A stretch of 64,000 bases of DNA from Armatimonadota bacterium (GTDB lineage Bacteria > Armatimonadota > UBA5829 > DSUL01): contig JBDHZC010000009.1 of NCBI GenBank assembly GCA_039811685.1, forward strand, positions 72,153 to 136,152. The letters run 5' to 3'. The notes below the pieces were generated by a model that was not told the origin of the DNA, ran no database searches, and saw only the letters and a program-made list of their open reading frames with translations. This document shows, one piece after another, positions 19,736 to 28,303 of the stretch; the first letter of the stretch is position 1; every line of letters begins with the position of its first letter. Both the position numbers and the translations under genes were made by a program.

Positions 19736-21083
19736 CCGGGCGGGAAGTCAACCTCGGCTCCGGCTGGCCCTGGCTAAAGCGCTATGGAACTGGCAGGCGC
19801 ATCCGACGCAGAGAGAGTGGCTGTTGTGTGACGCTTCTGTAAAAACTGCGGCTTGCGGGCGGCGGTGGGGAAAGACGGAAGCGCAGGCCGTGGACGCAGC
19901 GAGCTTCGCGTTGGTGCACGATGGCTCTGAACAGATAGTGGTTGCGCCGACCTACGACCAGGCGTCACTCATTGCGCGCGGGGTCGAGCGCCTGTTGCTC
20001 GGCTCACCGGCAACGCGCACGCTAACGCAGGTGCGCCGGACTCCCTATCCGTTGATTACTGTTGGTCGGAGCCGGATTTCCGCCCGAACGGCGGATGAAG
20101 ACGGGCGCGCTCTGCGGGGACACCGCGCGGATCGCGTGATTGTGGACGAGGCGGCTTTTGTGCGTGACAGCGTTATCTCGGAGGTCATCCAACCTATGCT
20201 GGCGGACTCCGACGGGCAGCTTATCCTGATCAGCACTCCTTACGGGCGCAACCTGTTCTGGAAGCTGTGGAGCCAGGGCGCCTCCGGGAACCCGAAAGCC
20301 GCCTTCCGCTTTCCGTCCAGCGCAAATCCGCACATCAGCGCCCGCTATGTGGAAGAGCAGCGGGAGCGCCTGCCCGAGCGGGCCTTCCGGGCGGAGTATC
20401 TGGCTGAGTTTGTGGACGATCAGGCGCAGGTGTTCGCGTGGACGGATATTCAGCAGTGCTTTGAGCTTGGGCGCACGCCTCACCAACCCTCTAGCTCTGT
20501 GCGGGAGCGGCGCATTGTGGCGGGGATTGACTGGGCCCGCTACTCGGATTGGACGGTGTGTGCGGCGGTGGAGTGCGCCTGCGATCCATGGCGCGTTGTG
20601 GCTCTGGACAGGTTTCAGGGGCTGAGCTGGCAGGCGGCGGTGGAGCGCGTGGCAGGTTTTCTGAAAGACACTGAAGCGTGCGCTGCGCTCTCAGACGCAA
20701 CCGCAACAGGAGGAGATGCGCTCCTGGAGCAGCTTTGCGTGGCTGTAGCGGGAGCGGGTTGCGAGGTAGATGGTTATGTCTTCACGTCAACGTCCAAGCA
20801 GCATCTGGTGGAGAATCTGAGCGTGGTTATGGCGCGTGGCGGCCTTGCGCTGCCGCCGGAAGAGCTTTCGCATTCTGGGGCGCTGATTCACGAGTTGAAG
20901 AGCTATCAGTATGTCCAGCGCCCTGGCGGCGCTGTCAGCTTTGGCGCAGCGCCGGGGGAGCATGATGACTGCGTCACAGCGCTGGCTCTGGCCGTGTGGC
21001 AGGCGAAGAACGCGCCGCAGTGGCGGATTATGACATCGGGTGCGCTGCTCGGCGATCGGCGGCGCGGGCGCGCGTTGTGGTGA
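19722..21083 (+). CDS. terL: Terminase large subunit (Terminase_6-type)
   Basis: HPTQ, Walker A GRRWGKT, Walker B VIVDEAAF, ISTP, nuclease GIDWAR and HDDCVTALALA. Confidence 0.92.
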   Translation: MSTVSRAGSQPRLRLALAKALWNWQAHPTQREWLLCDASVKTAACGRRWGKTEAQAVDAASFALVHDGSEQIVVAPTYDQASLIARGVERLLLGSPATRTLTQVRRTPYPLITVGRSRISARTADEDGRALRGHRADRVIVDEAAFVRDSVISEVIQPMLADSDGQLILISTPYGRNLFWKLWSQGASGNPKAAFRFPSSANPHISARYVEEQRERLPERAFRAEYLAEFVDDQAQVFAWTDIQQCFELGRTPHQPSSSVRERRIVAGIDWARYSDWTVCAAVECACDPWRVVALDRFQGLSWQAAVERVAGFLKDTEACAALSDATATGGDALLEQLCVAVAGAGCEVDGYVFTSTSKQHLVENLSVVMARGGLALPPEELSHSGALIHELKSYQYVQRPGGAVSFGAAPGEHDDCVTALALAVWQAKNAPQWRIMTSGALLGDRRRGRALW

Positions 21084-21134
21084 TAAGTGAGCAGTCTCTC
21101 TGGTTAGGGCAGGGACACTGAGAAGGAGGGTTTT

Positions 21135-22232
21135 GTGGCAATAGCTGGTCTCTTGAAGCGTCTGAGGCGTGAGGGGAAGGGGTCTGAAGCGCCGGTGGAG
21201 CTGGCGGCAGCCAGGCGACGGTACTTATCCGGACCGGGCGCCTTGCTGCCGTACAATCCGGACGACCTTGCCCGGCGCGAGGGGCTGGAAGTGTACGACC
21301 GGATGCAGACGGATGCCCAGATTGCGGCGGCGCTGGTGACGAAGAAGTTTGCGGCACTGTCCGGGGGCTGGCGGGTTACGCCCGCTTCAGAGCGGCGCGA
21401 GGACGTGCAGGCGGCGCAGTTTTGTCACCGGGCACTGGAGGAGATGAAAGGGACGGTGGAAGACGCGCTCTACGGAGTGCTGGACGCTCTGGCAAAGGGC
21501 TACTCGGTGGCTGAGATGAACTTTGCGCGCGTTGGAGACCGCGTCGGTCTGGCGTCTATCAAACAGAAGGATCCGGCGCTGTTTGAGTTTGAGACAGACG
21601 AGTATCTGAACATCACAGCGCTTGTCAGGATAGGAACAGACGGAGATGAGCCCCGGAAGCTGCCTGTGGAGAAGTTCATCATCTACACCTACATGCCCAC
21701 CTATGCGGACCCGCGGGGACGCTCGGATCTGCGCTCATGCTACCGCCACTGGTGGACCAAAGATGTCATTCTGCGCTTTTTCGCGTCGTATCTGGAGCGC
21801 TTTGGCTCACCCGTGGTCAAGGGGACGTACCGCCGCGGGGCGACGCGCGCCCAGCAGGAGGATCTCCTGCGGATTCTGGACCGCATCCAGCAGGAGACCG
21901 CCATCGTCATTCCGGAGGACGTGACGGTGGATCTCCTTCAGGCGGGGCTGCAGGGCGAGAAGGGATTTCTGGAGGCCATCGCCTATCACGACCGGCAGAT
22001 GGCCAAAGCCATCCTCGGAGAAACGCTGACACAGGAAGAGGGGCTGCGCACGGGCGCTCTGGCTCTGGCGAAGGTGCATCAGGATACGCTGAAGCTGCGT
22101 CTGCAGAAGATCAAGCGCGATCTGGAGGAGACTGTGGCGCGTGAGCAGATTCTGCGTCCGCTGACACGGCTGAACTTTGCCGGAGCGGCTGTACCGCGGT
22201 TTGAGCTGGGCGCATTCGACGCCAGCGTGTGA
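21135..22232 (+). CDS. Portal protein, DUF935 / Mu gp29-like
   Basis: 'Y.RM..DAQI', LDALAKGYSVAEM, ERFGSP, MAKAILGETLT, 'A.VH', LNF..P; follows TerL. Confidence 0.87.
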   Translation: MAIAGLLKRLRREGKGSEAPVELAAARRRYLSGPGALLPYNPDDLARREGLEVYDRMQTDAQIAAALVTKKFAALSGGWRVTPASERREDVQAAQFCHRALEEMKGTVEDALYGVLDALAKGYSVAEMNFARVGDRVGLASIKQKDPALFEFETDEYLNITALVRIGTDGDEPRKLPVEKFIIYTYMPTYADPRGRSDLRSCYRHWWTKDVILRFFASYLERFGSPVVKGTYRRGATRAQQEDLLRILDRIQQETAIVIPEDVTVDLLQAGLQGEKGFLEAIAYHDRQMAKAILGETLTQEEGLRTGALALAKVHQDTLKLRLQKIKRDLEETVAREQILRPLTRLNFAGAAVPRFELGAFDASV

Positions 22233-22311
22233 AGCGCATGTGTTGGGTTTGGGCGGCGGACCCTGAGAGCCCGCTGACAGCAGGTAGGTTTGCCTGTTCT
22301 GCCTAAATTGA

Positions 22312-22360
22312 TTGACATAAACTACCGAAGAGGGTATAAGATAATTAACCTGGAAGTTAA
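22312..22360 (+). promoter_or_regulatory. Promoter and putative operator of the TAC module
   Basis: TTGACA-17 bp-TATAAG, then inverted repeat TTAAC-N6-GTTAA (22345-22360) just before the toxin ATG. Confidence 0.65.
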
Positions 22361-22362
22361 CA

Positions 22363-22746
22363 ATGCCAGTCTCGCTCTGTAAGCTGCCGCTCGCAGAGAG
22401 GGTCCCTGCTGTTCAGTATGAGTTCTACCTGTGGACGGATGGTGAGCGCTCGCCCGTTGCCGAGTTTCTGAGTAGCCTCCAGCCCGCAGACCTGGACAAG
22501 GTCAAGGCGTTGCTGGTCCGGGTGGCGCGCTGCGGGATTCCGAGGAATGGCGAGAGATACAAGCGTCTGGCGGGGAACTACGAAAATCTCCATGAGTTCA
22601 AGTTGCACCAGGTGAGGCTCTATTTCTTTATGGAGGGCAAGAAGATTGTCTTCACGGAGGCAGAGATCAAGAAGAGGGACCGGTCCAACCCCCAGGCGCT
22701 TGCCCGAGCTGATGCGCGACGACGGAGATATTCCAGTGAGAAGTAA
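22363..22746 (+). CDS. RelE/HigB-family toxin (Gp49-like)
   Basis: 'SPVAEFL..L', 'YKRL....LHEFK...VRLYFF', 'KK......ALARA'. Confidence 0.8.
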   Translation: MPVSLCKLPLAERVPAVQYEFYLWTDGERSPVAEFLSSLQPADLDKVKALLVRVARCGIPRNGERYKRLAGNYENLHEFKLHQVRLYFFMEGKKIVFTEAEIKKRDRSNPQALARADARRRRYSSEK

Positions 22747-22759
22747 AAGGACAGGCGAA

Positions 22760-23188
22760 ATGGCTGTAGATGATTTGTTGAAGAAGATGGCCGGGGGCGC
22801 CGAAAGCCCTGTCTATCAGACGGAGAAGGTTATTCTGGATTTCACGGAGCGCATCTGTGAGATTATGGAAGACTCGGGAACAAGCCGTGCTGAGCTGGCT
22901 GAACGGCTCGGGCGCTCTCGTCCGTGGGTGACCAAGCTCCTGAGAGGTGATCAGAATATGACCATTGCAACGATGGTCGGGGTCATGCTGGCTCTTGGCT
23001 ACGAACTGAGGCTTGAGGCGCTGCCACGTGACAGGGTCGCTGCGCAGTGGCAACTCATTGAAGAGAGCCATCCTCCGGTGATTAAACTCTTTCCCAGGGC
23101 TGCGCGAGATATCTCTTATGAGTTTGAGGAAGAGCTGGTTGCAGCGGAAGCAGGGAGCACAGCCGATGGACACACTGTCGCCGCTTGA
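22760..23188 (+). CDS. XRE-HTH antitoxin (HigA-like) with C-terminal ChAD-like extension
   Basis: 'SRAELAERLGRSRPWVTKLLRGDQNMTIATM..V..ALG' HTH followed by a ~50-aa low-structure tail. Confidence 0.82.
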   Translation: MAVDDLLKKMAGGAESPVYQTEKVILDFTERICEIMEDSGTSRAELAERLGRSRPWVTKLLRGDQNMTIATMVGVMLALGYELRLEALPRDRVAAQWQLIEESHPPVIKLFPRAARDISYEFEEELVAAEAGSTADGHTVAA

Positions 23189-23624
23189 GGCGAACCGGAT
23201 CTGGGTGGAGCGTCTGGATATTCGTTTTGCGCAGGAGCTTAGGGCGCACGACTGCTCGGCCTACGATCTGAAGATTGAGCCAAAGGCATGGAAGGACGCC
23301 AGTGGTGTCTCATACAAAGTGCGCCTGGCTTTTGCGCTGCGGCCTCGAGAAGTGGACCAGTGCTGCTACTCAAAGCTGGATGTCGCGATCGTTGGGGTTT
23401 TTACACTTCCTAGTGATACGGATGAGGCGATTCGTAGAAACCTGATTCCACTCAACTGTTATGTGATTCTCTACGGTTTTGCGCGCGGTCTTGTTGCACA
23501 GGTTACCGGTCTGAACCCGGGTGGGCCGTTTCTCTTGCCAGCGGTCAATTTTATGGAAGTCCTGCGCGCACAGCGGGCTCCGCGTCGCAAGGCCCTGAGG
23601 AGTGAGGTGGCGCAGGCTCAATAG
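23166..23624 (+). CDS. SecB-like chaperone
   Basis: SPL start, 'V.I.G.F', 'NCYVILYGFARGLVAQVT...P.GPFLLPAVNF' match the SecB C-terminal signature. Confidence 0.8.
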   Translation: MDTLSPLEANRIWVERLDIRFAQELRAHDCSAYDLKIEPKAWKDASGVSYKVRLAFALRPREVDQCCYSKLDVAIVGVFTLPSDTDEAIRRNLIPLNCYVILYGFARGLVAQVTGLNPGGPFLLPAVNFMEVLRAQRAPRRKALRSEVAQAQ

Positions 23625-23658
23625 ATAGGCGCGTTTTTCTGATAACGGCGGTTTTTTG

Positions 23659-23692
23659 AAGGCTCTTCGGACTTGTTCCGGAGGGCCTTTTT
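23659..23692 (+). terminator. Rho-independent terminator after the TAC module
   Basis: AAGGCTCTTCGGA-loop-TCCGGAGGGCCTT followed by a T run. Confidence 0.7.
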
Positions 23693-23736
23693 CATTGCCT
23701 GGCTTCGGTGTGAACCAGGAGAAAGGAAGGGTAGGC

Positions 23737-23880
23737 ATGGGGCTTCGTTGGCTGACACCTTTGTGGGCGGTGGTGCGCTCGGCGGTGCGGCGCAGGCTGC
23801 ATGAGCTTGTAGATTCTGTGGATGAAGAAGATGTGGAGCGCTTTCGCGAGCGGCTGCACACCTGTATAGACCTGCTGTGA
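23737..23880 (+). CDS. 47-aa hypothetical protein
   Basis: AAGGAAGG SD, amphipathic sequence, abuts the protease gene. Confidence 0.55.
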   Translation: MGLRWLTPLWAVVRSAVRRRLHELVDSVDEEDVERFRERLHTCIDLL

Positions 23881-23894
23881 GAGGAGATGTTCGT

Positions 23895-24695
23895 ATGACG
23901 CAAGGCAACAAGGGGACGACGCGCGGCCCGCTTGATGGGCAGCGCGCCGTAGTAGAACGCGAAGCGCTGCTGTTTGAAACCGGGGACTACCCGGACAAAA
24001 ACCTGAGCGTTACAGAAGAGACTCTGACGGCAATGGAGAGCGCGTTTGCGGCTCCAGCGCCCATTCGAGTGGAGCATACGGAGTCTCCAGTGCGCTTTGG
24101 CTGGCTGACAAAGGTCTGGAAGAGCGGACGGGCGCTGATGGGCAAGCTCTCGTTTACGCAGGCGGCATGGGAGTTGGTGCGTGAGAGCGGGGCGCGTTGT
24201 CTGTCCATCGGACTCAACCGCGACACACTGGCCATCGAGGAAGTCTCGTTGGTACGCAGTCCACGTGTGGCTACCGCGCGCATCTTTTCAAACGAAGCGC
24301 TGGCCATTTTCACGGCCGATCTGACAGAGGCTTTTTCAGCGGACTCAGTTGGCGTGGAGGTGGCAAAGCTGCGCTCGGAGCTGGCGCTGCGGGACGCAAA
24401 GGAGGATGTGCGGCGCTTTCTTGAGCGCGGCAAGCTTGCTCCCGCGGCTCAGGACGCGGCGCTGGCTCTGTTGGCGGCCCGATCGGAGCGTGTCAACTTT
24501 GGTTCTGAGCCTACCTGCGTAGCTGAGGTGTTCCGGCAGTTTATGGAAGCGCAGCCGCCTGTGGTACTGTTTGGCGAGCTGGCACCCGGATCTGCTGCGA
24601 AGGCCGGCCGGTTCGGCCAGGAAGATAGAAGGGTCTTTGCTCTGATGGGGATCAGCGAAGACGACATTGCGCGATTTGAGAAGGAGGGAGACTGA
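23895..24695 (+). CDS. Prohead protease/scaffold (Mu gpI-like)
   Basis: 'F.TG.Y', 'P..VEH', 'GW', 'FT..A..LV', 'LS', 'VSLV..P' protease-like N-domain; helical scaffold C-domain with GKLAPA. Confidence 0.75.
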   Translation: MTQGNKGTTRGPLDGQRAVVEREALLFETGDYPDKNLSVTEETLTAMESAFAAPAPIRVEHTESPVRFGWLTKVWKSGRALMGKLSFTQAAWELVRESGARCLSIGLNRDTLAIEEVSLVRSPRVATARIFSNEALAIFTADLTEAFSADSVGVEVAKLRSELALRDAKEDVRRFLERGKLAPAAQDAALALLAARSERVNFGSEPTCVAEVFRQFMEAQPPVVLFGELAPGSAAKAGRFGQEDRRVFALMGISEDDIARFEKEGD

Positions 24696-25109
24696 ATGGC
24701 GGCATTGACACAGGACAGGGACATCTGGCGCAGGGAGGGTCAGATTCTGAGCGTACCGGTGAAGGGCAACAAGGTGATTTTCAAAGGGGCGCTGGTGTGC
24801 TCCAGCGCGGGTTTCGCCACACCCGGCTCTGATACGAACGGGCTGCGTTTCTGCGGTGTGGCGCTTGAGAGCGCGGACAACACGGGTGGCCCGGACGGCG
24901 CGCTGAGTGTGCGAATCTGGCAGAGCGGTGTCTTTCCCGTCAGCAAGCCCTCCGCAACAGCTTCCGACATTGGCGCGGAGGTGGCGGTCGTGGACGATCA
25001 GACAGTTGATCTGCTCAGCGTCACGACCAATGACGTGAAGTGTGGGCGGATCGTCCGGGTGCTGTCCTCGAGTGAAGTGGAGCTGAAGGTGGATGGCTAC
25101 GCTTATTGA
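24696..25109 (+). CDS. Capsid decoration/cement protein
   Basis: MAALTQDR, 'IFKGALV', 'GVA.E.ADNT.G.DG', 'DIG..V...DDQTV' typical of Mu-like head decoration proteins; directly before the capsid gene. Confidence 0.72.
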   Translation: MAALTQDRDIWRREGQILSVPVKGNKVIFKGALVCSSAGFATPGSDTNGLRFCGVALESADNTGGPDGALSVRIWQSGVFPVSKPSATASDIGAEVAVVDDQTVDLLSVTTNDVKCGRIVRVLSSSEVELKVDGYAY

Positions 25110-25119
25110 GGGAGGGTGT

Positions 25120-25321
25120 CGGTCTTGATGGCCGGGTGCAGGTGGCCGGCGGATAAAACCGCGCTTTCGAAGCGAAGTCTCCCTTCGGAGACTATTCGCT
25201 TTGTCACGTGTCGGGGGTGCCGGTCTTGATGGCCTGGTGCAGGTGGCCGGCGGTTAAAACCGCGCTTTCGAAGCGAAGTCTCCCTTCGGAGACTGTTGGT
25301 TTTGTCACGTGTCGGGGGTGG
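25120..25321. repeat. 2 x 101-bp tandem repeat containing REP units (cluster B)
   Basis: Near-identical units each with GCCGGCGG(A/T)TAAAACCGCG...GCGAAGTCTCCCTTCGGAGACT. Confidence 0.88.
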
Positions 25322-25371
25322 GCCGGTGATGCGGGTGCGGGTGCGGGAAAATAGGGAGGTTAGAAGAAGCT

Positions 25372-26268
25372 ATGGGAATTGTAAAATCGGACATTCCCGC
25401 CGGGCTGACGGCGGGCGTGCGGGCGCTGTTTCTGAGATCAATGGAGACAGCGCCCTCGCACTACCGGAAGCTGGCGATGGTGATGCCATCCACAAAAAGT
25501 GAGGAGAAATACGCCTGGCTTTCGAGCGTGCCGGGCGTGCGGGAGTTCGTGGACGAGCGCCGGGCGGCGAGTTTGCAGGAGCGCTCCTTCACCATTGAAA
25601 ACAAGACGTGGGAAGCGACTATTGAGGTGGAGCGCGCGGCGCTGGAAGACGAGCAGTATGGGCAGATCAAACTGAGAGTGCAATCTCTGGCTGAGGCAGC
25701 GGCGCGCCACAAAGAGCAGATGGTCATAGACCTGCTGGCCAGAGGCTTTACTGATGAGTGCTATGATGGAGAGCCGTTCTTTTCCAGCACTCACCCTGCC
25801 GGGAGCGCTACACAATCCAACACGGGCGCCTCCGCTCTGTCTGCGTCTGCTGTGCAGTCAGCTATCTCTCAGATGGCGAAGCTGACGGACGAAGAGGGGC
25901 GGCCGCTGGGAGTTGTTGCGGACACGCTGATTGTGCCCCCCGATCTGGAATGGAAAGCTCTGGAGCTGGTAGGCAGTATTCTGGGTCCGGAGACGAGCCT
26001 GAACGCGATCAACCCTCTGCGCGGTCGTCTGGAAGTTATCGTGAGTCCGTACCTGACAGACGCGAACAACTGGTTTGTCGCAGCGACGAAAAGCGCCCTG
26101 AAGCCGTTCATTCTGCAGGAACGCACGGCTGTGGAGTTTGAGGCTCTGGATGGGCAGTCCGGCTCTGAGAGCGCCTTCATGCGGGATCGCTTCTACTACG
26201 GTGTGCGCGCCCGCTACAACGCGGGATACGGGCTTTGGCAGCTTGCCTATGGCAGCGCGGTTAGCTAG
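25372..26268 (+). CDS. Major capsid protein, Mu gpT family
   Basis: 'ST..EEKYAWL..VP..RE', IENKTWEAT, CYDGEPFFS..HP, LIVPP.LE, KPFILQER, YGVRARYNAGYGLWQLAYGS. Confidence 0.92.
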   Translation: MGIVKSDIPAGLTAGVRALFLRSMETAPSHYRKLAMVMPSTKSEEKYAWLSSVPGVREFVDERRAASLQERSFTIENKTWEATIEVERAALEDEQYGQIKLRVQSLAEAAARHKEQMVIDLLARGFTDECYDGEPFFSSTHPAGSATQSNTGASALSASAVQSAISQMAKLTDEEGRPLGVVADTLIVPPDLEWKALELVGSILGPETSLNAINPLRGRLEVIVSPYLTDANNWFVAATKSALKPFILQERTAVEFEALDGQSGSESAFMRDRFYYGVRARYNAGYGLWQLAYGSAVS

Positions 26269-26294
26269 CCGGCTACGGGTATCAGCTTGTTTCG

Positions 26295-26328
26295 GAGGCC
26301 CCGGATGGATTTCCGCGGCCTCTTTTTT
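26295..26328 (+). terminator. Rho-independent terminator after the capsid gene
   Basis: GAGGCC.CGGA...TCCG.GGCCTC followed by TTTTTT. Confidence 0.7.
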
Positions 26329-26349
26329 CATCTATTGAAAGGAGCGGAT

Positions 26350-26853
26350 ATGAGCGATTCTAGAAACGTGCTACCCGTAGCCGTTGATCTGGCGACAAAG
26401 CTGGCGGGTGAGGATCAGGTTAACGACTGGACAAAAACGGTGCGTGGCGGCCCGAGCGCCGCTCGCGTCTATACGCCGGAAGACACCGGCATCAACGGCC
26501 AGACGCTCGGGTCGGCGCTTGCGGGCAACTGGGTGGACACTGCGGGCTTTCGCACTGCCGTCGCGTTCATCCGCGTCGCGGGGACGTACGGCGGGTCCCC
26601 TTACGGTCTGGACCTGCTCGGCAGTCCCGTCGGCCCTGGAGACACCTGGGGGACGGACAATCAGTGGGCGGTGTCTCTTGGAAACCGCAGCGGTCTCACG
26701 GCGCTTGGCAGCTTCGTGCTCGGCAACACAGGCGTGGGCAACTACGCGTCGTCCTCGGCGTGGACTGGCTGCGTTGCCCGAAAGAGCCGTGTGGACGTCG
26801 GGGCAGCCGGCGCGAGCGCTCAGGCCTGGGCCTATCTGGTTTGTCTGCCATGA
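26350..26853 (+). CDS. Hypothetical virion-associated protein (Gly/Ser/Thr-rich, beta-rich)
   Basis: AAAGGAG SD; located after the capsid gene; composition. Confidence 0.6.
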   Translation: MSDSRNVLPVAVDLATKLAGEDQVNDWTKTVRGGPSAARVYTPEDTGINGQTLGSALAGNWVDTAGFRTAVAFIRVAGTYGGSPYGLDLLGSPVGPGDTWGTDNQWAVSLGNRSGLTALGSFVLGNTGVGNYASSSAWTGCVARKSRVDVGAAGASAQAWAYLVCLP

Positions 26854-27539
26854 GAGCCAGATTCCACTACAGACGCATCTGGTTTCTGGGCGACAGCCTG
26901 ACTGCTGGCTATGACGCATCCGCTGAGAGCGCGTGCTTTCGCACTGTCGCTACAGCATCGCTGCAGGCAGCAGCCCTGCTGCAGGACGCAGGGGCCCTGG
27001 TGATCCATTCAGCCAACCAGTACGGTGGAAAAGTCAAAGACGGCGTACGGCAGGCCATTGCGGAGGCCTCCTTTGCCGCAGACATCGCGGTGCTGCAGTT
27101 TGGAGAAAATGACCGGCCCTACGCTGTAGCCTTTCCAGAGCAGTACGCCCGGCTGATTGCCCAGTTTCAGCGGGAAGGGCGGCGGCCGCTGATTGTGGCT
27201 TTCTCCATCTGGGCGCCAACGCCAGACGCCTACAGCGCAGCCGTCAATGCCGATATTCGCGCTCTGGTAGAGACTTCAGGAGGCGCTTTTGTGGACATTC
27301 AGGCGGCGGCATCCGATCCGTTGAACCGCGAAGAAGGCCGGGATGTCACCTGGCTGGGGGATGAGCAGCACACTCTGTCTGACAGTTTTCATCCCAACGA
27401 CAGAGGGCATGCAAAGATGGCCACTGCCCTGATAGACGCGCTGTCCCCGTGGACAGCAGCAGGGCCACGGCGTCTCGCGGCTTCCGGGCGGCAGAGCTCG
27501 CAGACGCGCGGGGCTGCAGCGGAGCGGGTGAGCGCGTGA
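26850..27539 (+). CDS. SGNH/GDSL hydrolase
   Basis: Block I FLGDSLTAG, block III FGEND, block V DSFHPNDRGH; ATGA coupling to the upstream gene. Confidence 0.85.
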   Translation: MRARFHYRRIWFLGDSLTAGYDASAESACFRTVATASLQAAALLQDAGALVIHSANQYGGKVKDGVRQAIAEASFAADIAVLQFGENDRPYAVAFPEQYARLIAQFQREGRRPLIVAFSIWAPTPDAYSAAVNADIRALVETSGGAFVDIQAAASDPLNREEGRDVTWLGDEQHTLSDSFHPNDRGHAKMATALIDALSPWTAAGPRRLAASGRQSSQTRGAAAERVSA

Positions 27540-27555
27540 GCGAAAGGAGTGAGCA

Positions 27556-27990
27556 GTGAGTCTGACTATCACAAAGGCGGATGTCAAGCGCAAATGCATG
27601 ATTGATGCGGCGGACACAACCTGGGATGCCCCGATTGAGTCGCTGATTGACGAGATGCAGCCAGCCATCGAGTACACGCTGGATGAGAGCGCTCTGAACG
27701 ATCCGGAAGCGGGGCTCCAGGCGCTTCTACAGCTTGGCGTCCTGGAGCTGATTGTGGCGGAATTTCTGGCGCAGCGGTTCCGGGAGGCTGGCTATGCGGA
27801 GGAGTTTCAGGTTGGCGCAATTCGTATCGGCCAGCTCTGGGAGCGCGGAAAGGCGATTTTTGAGCAGGGCGCTGCGCGTCTGGCGCCATTTCGAAAGGCG
27901 ATGGGCGTGTCGGATGCGCAGACGAAAGTCCTGTCAAGCAGCGTATCCCACCCTCGTTTGATGTCTTCGACTGAACGGAAGGGCTGGTGA
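27556..27990 (+). CDS. Putative head-completion adaptor protein
   Basis: 'IT.ADVKR......D..I..LI' helical start like gp6/gp15-type adaptors; position; AAGGAG SD. Confidence 0.55.
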   Translation: MSLTITKADVKRKCMIDAADTTWDAPIESLIDEMQPAIEYTLDESALNDPEAGLQALLQLGVLELIVAEFLAQRFREAGYAEEFQVGAIRIGQLWERGKAIFEQGAARLAPFRKAMGVSDAQTKVLSSSVSHPRLMSSTERKGW

Positions 27991-28292
27991 TGGGGGCTTT
28001 TACAAAGCGGATGGATGCGAAGCTGGCAGTGTACGGTGAGCTTATCTCGCTGGGTGGTGTGGATGTGCGCGCGCTGGTGCAGGACATGACCAGCAGCTAC
28101 ATTACTACCTACTTTGACCCGCCGGATCAGTCTTCCGTGATCCGTCCGGGACTGCTGGCCGTTGTCGGGGCGGACGTTTCGGCGAGCGCTGGGCAGTCGG
28201 TAAGTCTGGGCGCGCGGACCTACACCGTGTGGAAGGTGGCGCCTCAACATCTGGCTGGTCAGGTCGTCTGTCAGGTGCTGGCGCTTTATTGA
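27990..28292 (+). CDS. Putative head-closure (stopper, FII/gp16-like) protein
   Basis: ~100-aa beta protein, 'YGE.I', 'G..V.LG.RTYTV..V'; follows the adaptor. Confidence 0.5.
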   Translation: MGAFTKRMDAKLAVYGELISLGGVDVRALVQDMTSSYITTYFDPPDQSSVIRPGLLAVVGADVSASAGQSVSLGARTYTVWKVAPQHLAGQVVCQVLALY

Positions 28293-28303
28293 AAGGAGGG
28301 AGA

